This document shows, in pieces, positions 18,301-24,263 of a DNA stretch of 31,207 nucleotides. Source of the DNA: a virus (lineage: Duplodnaviria; Caudoviricetes). The position numbers and the translations under genes are program-made. A model generated the notes under the pieces. That model did not search any database and was not told where the DNA came from. It saw only the letters and a program-made list of their open reading frames with translations. Within the stretch, counting starts at the first letter, position 1; each line of letters starts with the position of its first letter. The stretch spans positions 1 to 31,207 of IMG/VR virus record IMGVR_UViG_3300042480_000415. One strand, written 5' to 3'.

Positions 18301-18485
18301 AGGACAAGGAAGTGGCCAGCCTGTTCCGCGATCTGCAAGATGCCCGCGGCCTTGGGCGCGTGCGTGCGCTCGAGCGGGTTGACGCGCACCCGATGGCTGA
18401 GACAATCCGCCGCATCGACCAAGAGTTCATGAACATCCTGGAGCGGCTTGACGACGCCGGCCTGGTGAAGATCAACTGCAAGTGA
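9366..18485 (+). CDS. Large polyvalent (multi-effector) internal virion protein, 3039 aa
   Basis: Single 9.1-kb ORF with several recognisable catalytic motifs (listed as domain features); architecture matches described phage polyvalent proteins. Confidence 0.9.
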   Translation: MRFVPISEFEKEEQKAFRFIPIEEVESASTTDYSDMATAMQGTPTGGPLIRSVLDQPGPVPKTPGYDPMLNQGYVAEVRRDIIGKAAPEDRMGLLTTLAENRTDVLGRAARQILAEVQAENKRINLDQEGRAQRLLDAPRGPGNLPPPRPGAGAAPPPVPVPDVSPGISDVMDGRTAKQIAERRMLAQGVRVADEGMRVDEISGATSRMAEAEGRRKFAEENPLLGSIAAGSAGLISGVINIPSVAADAFNKTAINPVLRALGMQDLPPVSTAFGTEYLAKSASDFMPKVGKQEMDEAIARQEFAPWLMSKLAANSPQIAQSLLAAFVPPLRAVLLPGMAGTAAGQSFAQGDDSRVALAKGAVEYVSEKLPLGVFDKVGDVLKGMSPAKANTVLAVAGQRALQAGGAITANGLTNAIEEVAAQFGGNVLDKYFQGKDIELTKGLAEAGVVGGVTGKLMSAPQVAAAATGYYEPERQIAREIDSVGRAFENLGPEASRAISIDMLRTEAGTSNLISPAATVKNFTPPDSPTKQAGLVDIEVPLPNAAPILPEINPSTEEQFGLDKLRMGGANVGTTGVPGGLAGAGGEAGGGLIDGSMGAAGPGDAGAPGLGGRTAPIPGVNDRQAVPPGGAPGQQLAGVAVGGEPLTWTGRAKTGYANEQDAEQAMATASTVIDTRQTHDWRVEPIGNGRFQIVGYQKETNLGTQTPQAQQGQTQGATPAGQMAGAAQGGAGGIPAATGTPVELSDTERAGLKLAPTAPLRELSSLNKQLDQQIGVTFSPVKSTDLNDSQRLASAVARLMGKTLTVVHQETGAGALPNGMINTVGGKHLFVADDADDAPLAITVHEAYHGLPEAQRKSLNAALLDLFRQDRKDKFLDEFSYTPDKFEEEAPAMMVQAISKREDFWQELRTKMGNKEFGEVAKTIIAKLGDIITGAKKQYGEDFVNKYISDVAKARDLLTTAYADAMKAQGLQPDVQLEGMAMASERSRIGMDFKDVVKRTPELQAAAERVKAGEMTAAEYDKLVAEYKPVEPYTSVPAPAADADIRAALTSDKVDRIGVPSKTLKAGDPVGLRLDIPAYSNHGTWVVSVHEQQAGYNAGKSIGYEPVAAATNVTFGVVEKAALNIAGGKPKATIAVIKGGWKPTTPAEAKLKADQALKSKDWVQVGMDPERHSYFYDRSSMEPVTAADEVIQIGPLVLAKNPTYGQKSEFMFSGRAREPIKVSDYNPKADNFNKQRDMTSLLAEAVPAETIAAADGFVEKYFKERQPVSVSPQDRLRAEILLKPRMEAAEQAKPEYDQKILNIAARTGATGQMLAPIKGLKRAAEKLALEENYQVDNIKDLLRSTIVVDSYADAPAIIDEIRKEFDVVRIKDRAGVGVAGDKVEASDRQKFGGYADVLINIRMPNGTVGEIQINTPAMLAAKDGQGHKLYEAAREQPEGSPLRGEIYDAMRGLYDAAFSAANLRQPSAQDRNAASDIGAPRAGSELTATSSSPESASLKTLPSGKTTNSSPENEATNSQPGGKEEGTFIGSPDESSISQPLYTKPPRRGAERIGSFDVRTMKDGSIVVYGDSQNIRSQIPEDVKGRVTKDGYLFTNAAAPRVKAALEGRKTAYSRGGAVLDKLPMKDGKYLGAPEKYNTPGKIVALRKQLRMLTLEGERGRYWYENSSLAILRMTGGNVQEARKFVALLAIYSPQARVDSNSTFALRAWAQYKAGQPISVKTGVQDKKATQAMADVDAFWSGEKTGNFFFNLLREIDTSTAGKQGATIDMWMMRAAEYANDAPTATQYAFMENETNRIAQEMGWEPQQVQAAIWVAMKARMENKGVKQRTEATSEKKGWIKFERDAKGKKVRVIIDAQKHRDNWLKHAMEHVPTKEDTEQAKFDFADGVGRHIGQLSFEARPGRSTGVLDGIHTAPYAQQVEFQQAVQRAFYDENGTDMLAAQLGLLTEPSDIMRPGVWQGEVSPSTQKRVAMAPAGGDAGKTNVDPAQAELLNVYASVAGLVARQEGVGWHRPFYAGTKGQSNGLDIDIGRALNPTETKDLEAAIGKWMDEKKHANWQNQFALISSPTGIRVVNFGIITNAVLHSDIVKVAEGVLPDGSVRVFASSGDMPTNDWEANPNGQTYVQRIGAAGRSDVLDWARSVLAPRVQRVFEDFAEKYQWGDPGRIQFSNRGGSDAAGGGRDRGVGPQDVQAVTPSYGTPREGAASAVAYHYSTQPRTTLDSVMYGTGLRGAEMARLQGADPRLKQRVYFYIDRGTGINPEAGVGGQAHRVNLQNLYDVDEDALRLRRDNEAFNDFESAVIDAGFDGYMVRDAGPSGNAVLLGRHAVPVEQLGARGRMTGEPVAPARERVLSDAEKISANKMLPAGQVSGKRWAELISRGMPEVYERLAGSPVWQSDKVMYRGDLARELRAQPMFSNRQLPTVSPQSALDADIKVASESLQRYIRAAEQGRQLPKLTIGRLPHVLNMLGARTQDFDIATSIVKKVFVRTKAEKGHADELPDITPKQLIEGIYRPAMVLKSKDGNPREFELVLPITNDKGAVIVPIKVSVDKTDPTGAVMSIYAKGVSISGGKPNEQVLMKRINDGNLLYLDPGLAKQALTGRKAGDPKADVKLNGNFVSWPGVWPKLAEMISARTVKTDINLMGWIGKYYTPSSSPQGWEDAPAFSRRAQTETPEFKRWFGNSKVLEKPGRTIDQARALEIASLKREMDSLPYAENELKDYGERFKEDPDRAGWWGPKIEKQKSLIASLKIENEKARERIAELESGGTPTKFPFSDGSKKPKVMYHATDNPLEGGVFRIGVGGAIYVSPDPDAAEDIAKPKIFGKRFPGVPFSPDLMGGPDLFQGLNVIPVYVKAENPFDYEIKEHRQALADHLKSIGFKPPSAVQLAEDAPDEASGASDILEMIHAGDYRVIESPEAIEWIKKNNFDGFYVQELQEDEEIKNLGVFSSNQIKSAIGNIGTFDPANPDIRFSQRARAEDKEVASLFRDLQDARGLGRVRALERVDAHPMAETIRRIDQEFMNILERLDDAGLVKINCK
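11077..11283 (+). CDS. Nested +1-frame small acidic protein (68 aa) within polyvalent ORF
   Basis: GGAGG at 11067-11071, ATG 11077. Codons CTG/GAG/GAC/CAG are genome-typical, while the host frame here is a GGA/GCA-coded Gly-rich linker. Confidence 0.6.
   Translation: MSAQQAYLEDWLEQGVRQGAVSLTEAWELQDLAMQVPPGSEAELPQSLESMIDRLFLLEVRPANNLPA
11470..11622 (+). CDS. Possible nested +1-frame basic peptide (50 aa, TTG start; MARKPLKPSKAKRK...)
   Basis: AAGGAG at 11457-11462, 7 nt before TTG; host frame is a low-complexity Q/G/T linker. Confidence 0.35.
   Translation: MARKPLKPSKAKRKEQHQQAKWQVPHKAAQVASQQQPARRLNCLILNVPD
11640..12290 (+). other. Zincin-like metallopeptidase (MPTase-type) domain
   Basis: LPNGMINT...LFVADD...AITVHEAYH (11898-11912) and downstream FEEEAPA; boundaries approximate. 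Confidence 0.7.
13230..13740 (+). other. RelA/SpoT-like nucleotidyltransferase domain
   Basis: IKGLKRAAEK / IKDLLRSTIVV / GGYADVLINI / GEIQINT / GHKLYE, ordered like the synthetase motifs but diverged; boundaries approximate. Confidence 0.8.
13724..13951 (-). CDS. Nested antisense small protein (75 aa), candidate immunity/antitoxin for the RelA/SpoT-like domain
   Basis: Minus strand AGGAGA-TCCT-ATG; MKVPSSFPPGCEFVASFSGDEFVVFPDGKVFKL... globular-looking; sense frame here is an S/T-rich linker; own promoter-like element. Function is inference. Confidence 0.6.
   Translation of the reverse strand: MKVPSSFPPGCEFVASFSGDEFVVFPDGKVFKLADSGDELVAVSSLPARGAPMSEAAFLSCAEGCRKFAAEKAAS
13971..13979 (-). promoter_or_regulatory. 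Extended -10 element (TGATATACT) upstream of the nested antisense gene
   Basis: TGn-TATACT in an AT-rich island ~20 nt upstream of ATG 13951; the same 9-mer occurs in the 29405-29432 promoter. Confidence 0.55.
14340..14830 (+). other. HhH-GPD / Ogg-like DNA glycosylase-type domain
   Basis: YWYE...LLAIYSPQ...SGEKTGNFFFNL...ATIDMWMMR...PQQVQAAIW; Lys (14595) and Asp (14670) sit as in the GxK..F..N...IDxH motif of Ogg-type enzymes. Confidence 0.55.
15724..15948 (+). CDS. Possible nested +1-frame protein (74 aa; MGKLTYKGLVPRDDPMFSTGPEVF...)
   Basis: GGAGG at 15710-15714; host-frame codons become atypical here (GTA CAA AGG ATT, GGA CGA); AT-rich patch at 15575-15620 upstream. Confidence 0.4.
   Translation: MGKLTYKGLVPRDDPMFSTGPEVFSRLGSSESSRTSPKSTSGETPAESSSATEADLMQPAVDAIEEWGRKTFKR
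15990..16350 (+). other. ADP-ribosyltransferase-like domain 1
   Basis: AYHYS...YGTG...RVYFY...NLYD...AGFDGY pattern parallels the other ART-like domains in the window. Confidence 0.55.
16730..17140 (+). other. MuF-C / PBECR-like (predicted RNase-fold) domain
   Basis: IGRLPHVLNMLG...KGH...KQLIEGIYRPAMVLKS...VIVPIKV...VMSIYAK. Confidence 0.6.
17376..18285 (+). other. ART-PolyVal-like ADP-ribosyltransferase domain 2 (with coiled-coil insertion)
   Basis: ETPEFKRWFGNSKV...PKVMYHAT...IYVSPD...VIPVYVKAENPFD...FDGFYV...VFSSNQIKSAIGNIGTFDPANPDIRFS. Confidence 0.8.
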
Positions 18486-18494
18486 GGTATCACA

Positions 18495-18986
18495 ATGCCT
18501 GTTTCCAACCTTCTCGACAAGCCCACCGAGGACATGCTGAACAAGGCTGTCCACGCCGAGCTCTACGCCTCGCACTTGTACCGCCATGTGTCCAACCAGA
18601 TGCAGCGCGTCGGGTTCTTCGGCACGCAGAAGTTCTTCGCTGGCGAGAGCGCTGACGAGCTGAAGCACTACCAGCTCATCGCCGACTACATGAACGACCG
18701 CGGCACCAGCGCGAAGGTGCCGGCGCTCGAGGCCTGCACTGAGGTGGTCACCGACATCGTCGACGCCATTGAGCTGGGCTACGAGACCGAGCTGCAGCTC
18801 ATGCGCGACTACGAGAAGTGGTATCGCGAGTGCAAGTGCGTGACGACCCAGCAGTTCATGCTGCAGTTCCTCGAGACCCAGCGCAAGAGCGTGGGCGAGT
18901 ACGGCGACCTGATGTCACGCCTGGGCCTGGTAAGCGGCGACAAGGCGGGCATGCTGATGATGGACCAGGAGCTGGGCAATGGCTGA
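18495..18986 (+). CDS. Ferritin-like protein (non-haem ferritin family)
   Basis: GAGGT RBS; AELYASHLY, FF..ESADELKH...YMNDRG, YETEL, TQQFMLQFLETQ; 163 aa, ferritin length and ferroxidase ligand spacing. Confidence 0.85.
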   Translation: MPVSNLLDKPTEDMLNKAVHAELYASHLYRHVSNQMQRVGFFGTQKFFAGESADELKHYQLIADYMNDRGTSAKVPALEACTEVVTDIVDAIELGYETELQLMRDYEKWYRECKCVTTQQFMLQFLETQRKSVGEYGDLMSRLGLVSGDKAGMLMMDQELGNG

Positions 18987-21900
18987 TTGCACCTACACGT
19001 TCAAGACTGCGGAGGGCGAGGTCACCATCAAGGGGATGGCCGAGATGAAGGCCTTCCTCGCCTTGAACGGTGTGGGTGCTATTGATGGCGCCAAGGCGCC
19101 TATGTTCAGCCAGCGCGCTTTTCACGGTACGCCGCACCGTGGCATCAACAAGTTCAGCACCGACAAGATCGGCACCGGCGAGGGAGCCCAGGCCTACGGC
19201 TGGGGGCTGTACTTCGCCGACAAGCGAGAGATCGCGGAGCACTACCGCAAGGTTCTGCAGGGCGGCCCGCTTGGGTTGAAAGTGCAAGGGGCTGCCACCC
19301 GGGCGCTGGGCGTTGAGTACGACGAAGCCGCATCTTCGTCGCAGTTCATTGATGGGGTGCGCAATGTCGCCGGCAACGGCGAGGATGCGGTGCGCGAAGC
19401 CATCATCAAGACCGCAGACAGGATGTCGCGATCGCAGTGGCCCGGCGACAAGCGTTTGGCTGAGCGTGTGCGGGCGCTTGCGGACAACACCGCTGTCGTG
19501 AAGGCCGTCAACAAAGAAGCCGCTGGCCAACTCTACGAGGTTGAAATCCCTGAGGACAGCGAGATGCTGCTGTGGGACAAGCCACTGAGCGAGCAGTCGG
19601 AGGCGGTGCGGGCGGCCGTTGACAAGCTATTTGAAAACGGGGCACTGGACGACGGCTCCAAAAAGCTCATTGAGTCGCAAGGCATGCGCCAAGATTTGAA
19701 GGGCAAGACCCTTTACGAACTGCTCGCGACATCAGACAACTTGGCCATCGACGGCACGGGCCGCGCCGCCAGCCTGGCGCTGGCCGAAGCGGGCATCAAG
19801 GGTATCAAGTATCTTGACGGCACCAGTCGCGACGCAGGCGGTGGCAGCTACAACTATGTGGTGTTCAGCGGCGACGATGTGGCAATTCAGCAAGCCTTTT
19901 ACAGCAAGCGCGCCAAGCAGTCCTGGTTCCTCGGCCGCGACGACCTGGGCAACTTCACCTTCGGCGCCGGCGCGAAGGCCTACCGCTACGCGGCGGACAT
20001 GGCCAACCTGGTGTTGGACAAGATGGCGCTCAAGCCCATCAGCACCGACCTGTCGCGGGCCATGCGGAAGATGAAGATGGAGATCTCCAAGGCTCAGGAG
20101 CTGACGGTGGACGTGGCCACCAAGCTGCAGGAGCTGCCGCAGCAAGAGCGCGAGATGATCAGCGACGTCATCGAAGGCGAGCTCAAGCGTGGCGCCAAGC
20201 CGCCCAAGCGGGTGCTCGAGCTGGCGGCCAGCATGCAGGCCATCATGTCCGAGCAGACCGCCGAGCTGGTGCGCCTGGGCATGCTGACAAAGGACGCGGC
20301 CGGCCGGTGGGACGGCAAGTACCTGCCGCGCTTCTACGAGTCCAAGCTGAAGAGCGAGGCCAACGGGTGGGTCAAGGCGGCCAAGGCGTTGCTCGGCCGC
20401 AAGAAGACCATGCAGGGCATCGGCGGCTCCAGCCTGAAGGGTCGGGGTCTGTTTCAGACCATACCCGTTGAAGACCTCGAGGCCTGGCTTGCCGAGGGAT
20501 GGGAGGAACGCGACCCCGACTTTGACCCCGACACCGACACTGAGATCACGGTCTGGCGCGACTACACCCGCCAGGAGCGCGACGACATGGGCGAGATTCG
20601 GGACTCCATGTTCCGGTTCGTCATGGGCTACAGCAAGAGCCAGCGTGACATCTCGCTGGGCCGGCTGTACGAGAACATCGCCAGCACCGTAGCCAGCAAG
20701 AAGGAGAAGCCTGGTTTCGTGCAGGTGCCGCGCACCAACATCGAGGACACCTATGCCAAGCGGTACGGCAAGCTTGCCGGCATGTGGGTTCCCCAAGAGG
20801 TGCTGGACCACCTGACCGCTTTCGATGACTCGATGCAGAGCGAGGTGCTGAAGATGTACCTCAAGGGCATGAGCATGTGGAAGGAGGGCAAGACCGTGCT
20901 GAACCCGGTCAGCCACGCCAACAACATCATGTCCAACGTGACCATGGCGCACTTCGCTGGCGTTTCCTACTGGGACGCTCACAAGTATGTGGCCACCACG
21001 CGCGACATCATGAAGAACGCGCCGATGCTGCAGGAGGCGAAGGACGCCGGCCTGTGGCTGGGCACCATGACCCAGGCCGAGATGACCGACCTCCTGCCTG
21101 ACCAGCTCAAGGTGCTGGCCGCCAAGACAGAGAGCAAGTCGGGCCAGGCGGTGGAAGGCGTGTGGAACGCGCTGTCGTTCTGGCTGCGCAAGCCTATGGG
21201 CAAGGCCTACGAGGCCGAGGACCTGTTCTTCCGCTACCTGATCTACCGCGATGCGCGCACGAAGGGGCTGACCCCAGATGAGTCCGTCGACTACGCCCAG
21301 AAGTTCATCTTCACCTACGACGACCTGCCGAAGAACGCCAGGCGCATCCGCGACTTCGCCCTGCCGTTCTTCGCCTACACCTACAAGGCGATCCCGGCGA
21401 TGGCCGAGACGGCGCTGACACACCCATGGCGGTATGCCGCCCCGGCAGCAGCCCTGTACACGATCAACGCGGCCATGTACGCGATCGCTGCGGGGGCGGG
21501 TGAGGACGAGGAGTGGTGGGAGCTGATCAAGCGGCGCTTCACTGACGAGGACTTCGCGGCCCAGGCCAAGGCCCTGGAGGCGGACGAGCGCAAGAACCTT
21601 CCCGAGTGGATGAAGGGCGCCAGCCTGACGCTGGGGACCTACAAGTCCATCCGCCTCGGGATGGACGAGGCGACAAACCTGCCCGTGTTCCTGGACGTCA
21701 GCCGGATCTTCCCGGGCGGCGACCTGTTCGACGCGGTCAACAACGCGGGCGGCGTGCCGCTGATCGCACCGCTCACTCCGAACAACCCGATCCTGACAAC
21801 GGCCTACGCCATGCTGGCCAACAAGGACACGTTCCGAGGCAAGGACATTGTGACCCCGGCCGACACCGACGCGGAGGCCGCAGCCAAGCGCGCCGACTGG

Positions 21901-22299
21901 GCGTGGAAGCAGTTCACCCCAGCGGTCGCGGTGGGTAACGCCCACTTCGAGCGGGCGATGAACGTGATCGCCAACCAGATGGGCAAGCCGCTGGACCTTG
22001 GCATCGCCGAGTACACCGGCGTGGACAAGCAGGGTCAGCCGGTGTCGCTTGCCTACTCTGCCATGCAGACCGTCGGCATCAAGGCCAGGCCCATCGACCT
22101 AGAGCTGTCAGAGAAGATCCGGCAGTCGCAGGAGAACAAGCTCATCCGAGACATCGAGGCCAGCATGCGCAGCATTCGCCGCCTGGAGCAGAAGGGTGCG
22201 ATCAGCTCCGAAAATGCCGAGCGCCAGATCGAGCTGCAGCAGGAAAAGAGAGACCGGCTCAGGGCCGGTCTCACGGTGGAAGGCGAGGAGCGGGACTGA
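18979..22299 (+). CDS. Second large internal virion protein: N-terminal ART-like domain plus helical ejection-protein-like C-terminal region
   Basis: AGGAG RBS; AFHGTPH...IGTGEGAQAYGWGLYF...LYEVEIP...GIKGIKYLD...NYVVF, then NPVSHANNIMSN...FTYDDLP...PFFAYTYK and a hydrophobic segment. Confidence 0.85.
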   Translation: MADCTYTFKTAEGEVTIKGMAEMKAFLALNGVGAIDGAKAPMFSQRAFHGTPHRGINKFSTDKIGTGEGAQAYGWGLYFADKREIAEHYRKVLQGGPLGLKVQGAATRALGVEYDEAASSSQFIDGVRNVAGNGEDAVREAIIKTADRMSRSQWPGDKRLAERVRALADNTAVVKAVNKEAAGQLYEVEIPEDSEMLLWDKPLSEQSEAVRAAVDKLFENGALDDGSKKLIESQGMRQDLKGKTLYELLATSDNLAIDGTGRAASLALAEAGIKGIKYLDGTSRDAGGGSYNYVVFSGDDVAIQQAFYSKRAKQSWFLGRDDLGNFTFGAGAKAYRYAADMANLVLDKMALKPISTDLSRAMRKMKMEISKAQELTVDVATKLQELPQQEREMISDVIEGELKRGAKPPKRVLELAASMQAIMSEQTAELVRLGMLTKDAAGRWDGKYLPRFYESKLKSEANGWVKAAKALLGRKKTMQGIGGSSLKGRGLFQTIPVEDLEAWLAEGWEERDPDFDPDTDTEITVWRDYTRQERDDMGEIRDSMFRFVMGYSKSQRDISLGRLYENIASTVASKKEKPGFVQVPRTNIEDTYAKRYGKLAGMWVPQEVLDHLTAFDDSMQSEVLKMYLKGMSMWKEGKTVLNPVSHANNIMSNVTMAHFAGVSYWDAHKYVATTRDIMKNAPMLQEAKDAGLWLGTMTQAEMTDLLPDQLKVLAAKTESKSGQAVEGVWNALSFWLRKPMGKAYEAEDLFFRYLIYRDARTKGLTPDESVDYAQKFIFTYDDLPKNARRIRDFALPFFAYTYKAIPAMAETALTHPWRYAAPAAALYTINAAMYAIAAGAGEDEEWWELIKRRFTDEDFAAQAKALEADERKNLPEWMKGASLTLGTYKSIRLGMDEATNLPVFLDVSRIFPGGDLFDAVNNAGGVPLIAPLTPNNPILTTAYAMLANKDTFRGKDIVTPADTDAEAAAKRADWAWKQFTPAVAVGNAHFERAMNVIANQMGKPLDLGIAEYTGVDKQGQPVSLAYSAMQTVGIKARPIDLELSEKIRQSQENKLIRDIEASMRSIRRLEQKGAISSENAERQIELQQEKRDRLRAGLTVEGEERD

Positions 22300-22300
22300 C

Positions 22301-22945
22301 CTACTCGCCCCGCTCGTCGTAGGTCACCGTCGAGGTGTCGCCCAGGCGCCACTTCGCGGTGTTCTCCACCCGGAAGATGCGGTTGCACACCTTGAAGTCC
22401 GGCATGCGCAGGTTGGAGTGCGTGATCGCCGGGTCGAAGAACCTGCAGCGGTTGTTCGGCTGCAGTGCGAACTGGCCGTTGTCCAGGCGCAGAAGGTTGA
22501 ACGACTTGTGCTCCTCCGGCGTCTCGCTGAACCCGAAGTCAGGGACCCGCGGGTCGGGGTTGCACGAGTCGATCGTCAGCATGTACTCGCCACCGTGGAG
22601 CTGCTTGTCCTTGCCGAAGAACTCAGCGCGCAGGCCCTTGAGGAAGGGCTTGTCGATCACCTCGATGTGGTAGCTCATGCAGTCCCAGATCTGCAGGACA
22701 TCCAGCGGTAGCTGGTCATCCTCCTCCAGGACGTCGTGCCACACGAACGCGCTCAGCGGGAGCTTGTCGTACAGCGCGCCGAACTCCGGCAGGTAGGTCT
22801 CGAAGCGGAAGGCCTGGCCGCGGATGGACTTTGCGCTGACCCAGATCCCTTCGATGAGCTGGCCGACCCGGGCCGGGTCGTGGCCGTAGAGGTACTCGGC
22901 GCGCACGAAGACCTTCTCGGGCGGCAGGGGGCAGACGAAGCTCAT
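22301..22945 (-). CDS. Conserved phage hypothetical protein
   Basis: Start trimmed to ATG 22945 (AAGGAGG RBS, ATGA overlap); VRAEYLY...GALYDKLPLSAF...LQIWDC...NGQFALQPNNR. Confidence 0.8.
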   Translation of the reverse strand: MSFVCPLPPEKVFVRAEYLYGHDPARVGQLIEGIWVSAKSIRGQAFRFETYLPEFGALYDKLPLSAFVWHDVLEEDDQLPLDVLQIWDCMSYHIEVIDKPFLKGLRAEFFGKDKQLHGGEYMLTIDSCNPDPRVPDFGFSETPEEHKSFNLLRLDNGQFALQPNNRCRFFDPAITHSNLRMPDFKVCNRIFRVENTAKWRLGDTSTVTYDERGE

Positions 22946-23259
22946 GCTGCCTCCTTGACGAAGACGCCAGATGGCAGCAGTGTGCCCTTGCGGTTCTTGA
23001 TTTCGTCGTATGCGCCGGCCAGACAGTCGACCACGTCGATGTCTAGCAGGGCACACATGTTGATCAGGCACACCAGGGTGTCGCCGACGGCGTCCTTGGT
23101 GGCGGCCAGATCCTTCTTGTTAATGGCGTCGGCCAGCTCGCCCATCTCCGACACAGCCTTCAGGAACTGAGCCTGCGCCGTGCTGTTCGGGATGATGCGC
23201 CTGGCCTCAGCCCAGCGGATGACATCCATCTCGACTTCGCGGTAGTTGGGGCGGTTCAT
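22942..23259 (-). CDS. MazG-like nucleotide pyrophosphohydrolase
   Basis: KAVSEMGELADA...KDAVGDTLV (ExxE...DxxD); AYDEIKNRKG; start ATG 23259. Confidence 0.85.
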   Translation of the reverse strand: MNRPNYREVEMDVIRWAEARRIIPNSTAQAQFLKAVSEMGELADAINKKDLAATKDAVGDTLVCLINMCALLDIDVVDCLAGAYDEIKNRKGTLLPSGVFVKEAA

Positions 23260-23477
23260 GATTCCCTCGCTTCCAGCATGGCGTCGGCCATCTTGTAGGC
23301 GGCCTTGGCCGCCCAGCGCTCCGTCATCCCCATGGCTCTGGGCAAGCAGATTCCAGCGAAATAATCGCGCAGGGTCATGCCGTCGCAGACCACCATTGAC
23401 TTGGCGTATGTCGTGCCTTCTGGCACCTCCGGTCGGTGAACCGGAAATGCCGGCCCGCCTGTCTTGGGTTCGCTCAT
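23256..23477 (-). CDS. Conserved small phage protein (GGPAFP...GMTLRDYFA...AYKMADAML)
   Basis: Recognisable widespread phage motif; ATGA overlaps on both sides. Confidence 0.8.
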   Translation of the reverse strand: MSEPKTGGPAFPVHRPEVPEGTTYAKSMVVCDGMTLRDYFAGICLPRAMGMTERWAAKAAYKMADAMLEARES

Positions 23478-23785
23478 ACCTCACCCCCCTCGCTGTCGGC
23501 CGCGGACTTGGCGCGCAGCCACTGCGGCAAGATCGGGTAGACCTTGCCGTCGTGGTCGATCAGCGCCGGCTCGTTGACGTTGTCGTTCCGGGTGACGTGG
23601 CAGCCGTGGATCTCGCCAGGCTCGAACCCGGGCGCGACGCCCAGCTCATTGCGGACCTCCTCCATCCACCAGCCGGGCGCGGCGATGACCGGCAGCGGGG
23701 TCTCGCCCCACTTCTCCGGGGGGATCTTCTCTTTCAGCGCCTGCAGTGCGTGCTGCACGTTGGCGATGGCGTAAGTGGCGCTCAT
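23474..23785 (-). CDS. Hypothetical protein
   Basis: GGAGA RBS, ATGA overlaps, typical codon usage. Confidence 0.7.
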   Translation of the reverse strand: MSATYAIANVQHALQALKEKIPPEKWGETPLPVIAAPGWWMEEVRNELGVAPGFEPGEIHGCHVTRNDNVNEPALIDHDGKVYPILPQWLRAKSAADSEGGEV

Positions 23786-24057
23786 GTTTTCTCCAAAAAA
23801 TCCTCACGGGGGTTGTGCCCAGCATTGATGATGCCCGCTGGGTGATGGGCGTCTTTGGTCTCCAACTCGATCAACTTATCGAGGTAGTGTCTGGCCTTGC
23901 GCAGGTCCTCCACGCCGGCCTTGTCGCGCCAGCGACTGACGTACTTCACGACGTTGCCCTCGAAGAAGCCGAGGCCATTGGCCGCGATGTAGTCCCAAGG
24001 CTGGATGGGTTGGCGCTTGTAATGGTCGCCGGCCACTTGTGTGTCGTTTGCGTTCAT
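23782..24057 (-). CDS. DUF3310 (T7 gp1.7-like putative nucleotide kinase) protein
   Basis: QVAGDHYK...QPWDYI...FFEGNVVKYVSRWRDKAGVEDLRKARHYL; start ATG 24057. Confidence 0.85.
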   Translation of the reverse strand: MNANDTQVAGDHYKRQPIQPWDYIAANGLGFFEGNVVKYVSRWRDKAGVEDLRKARHYLDKLIELETKDAHHPAGIINAGHNPREDFLEKT

Positions 24058-24059
24058 GG

Positions 24060-24263
24060 TCAGAAGGGAATGAAATCGTAGGACCACTCGTCGCATCCGG
24101 CCGCCACCACCTCGGGCGGCGGATCGACCTCGAACTTCTTGCAGTGGGGGCGGCCGTAATAGACGTAGTGCTCGCAGCTCTGGCAGTGCACTTTGATCGA
24201 GCGCAGCCTGTCGAGCTCGCGCTCGTGCAGCTCGACGCGGATGTTCAGTTCGGTCTTGGTCAT
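24060..24263 (-). CDS. Small Cys-rich protein ending in DFIPF
   Basis: ATGA overlap with helicase stop; CQSC..C..C; C-terminus GCDEWSYDFIPF. Confidence 0.75.
   Translation of the reverse strand: MTKTELNIRVELHERELDRLRSIKVHCQSCEHYVYYGRPHCKKFEVDPPPEVVAAGCDEWSYDFIPF

Noticed and set aside
18440-19020. Split intein at the NCK* / MADC junction
   Set aside because: No Hint-domain blocks; orientation is wrong for N- and C-intein halves and segments are too short.
19732-21945. 737-aa antisense ORF
   Set aside because: Shadow ORF of the 1106-aa gene; His/Gly/Val-rich composition typical of reverse frames.
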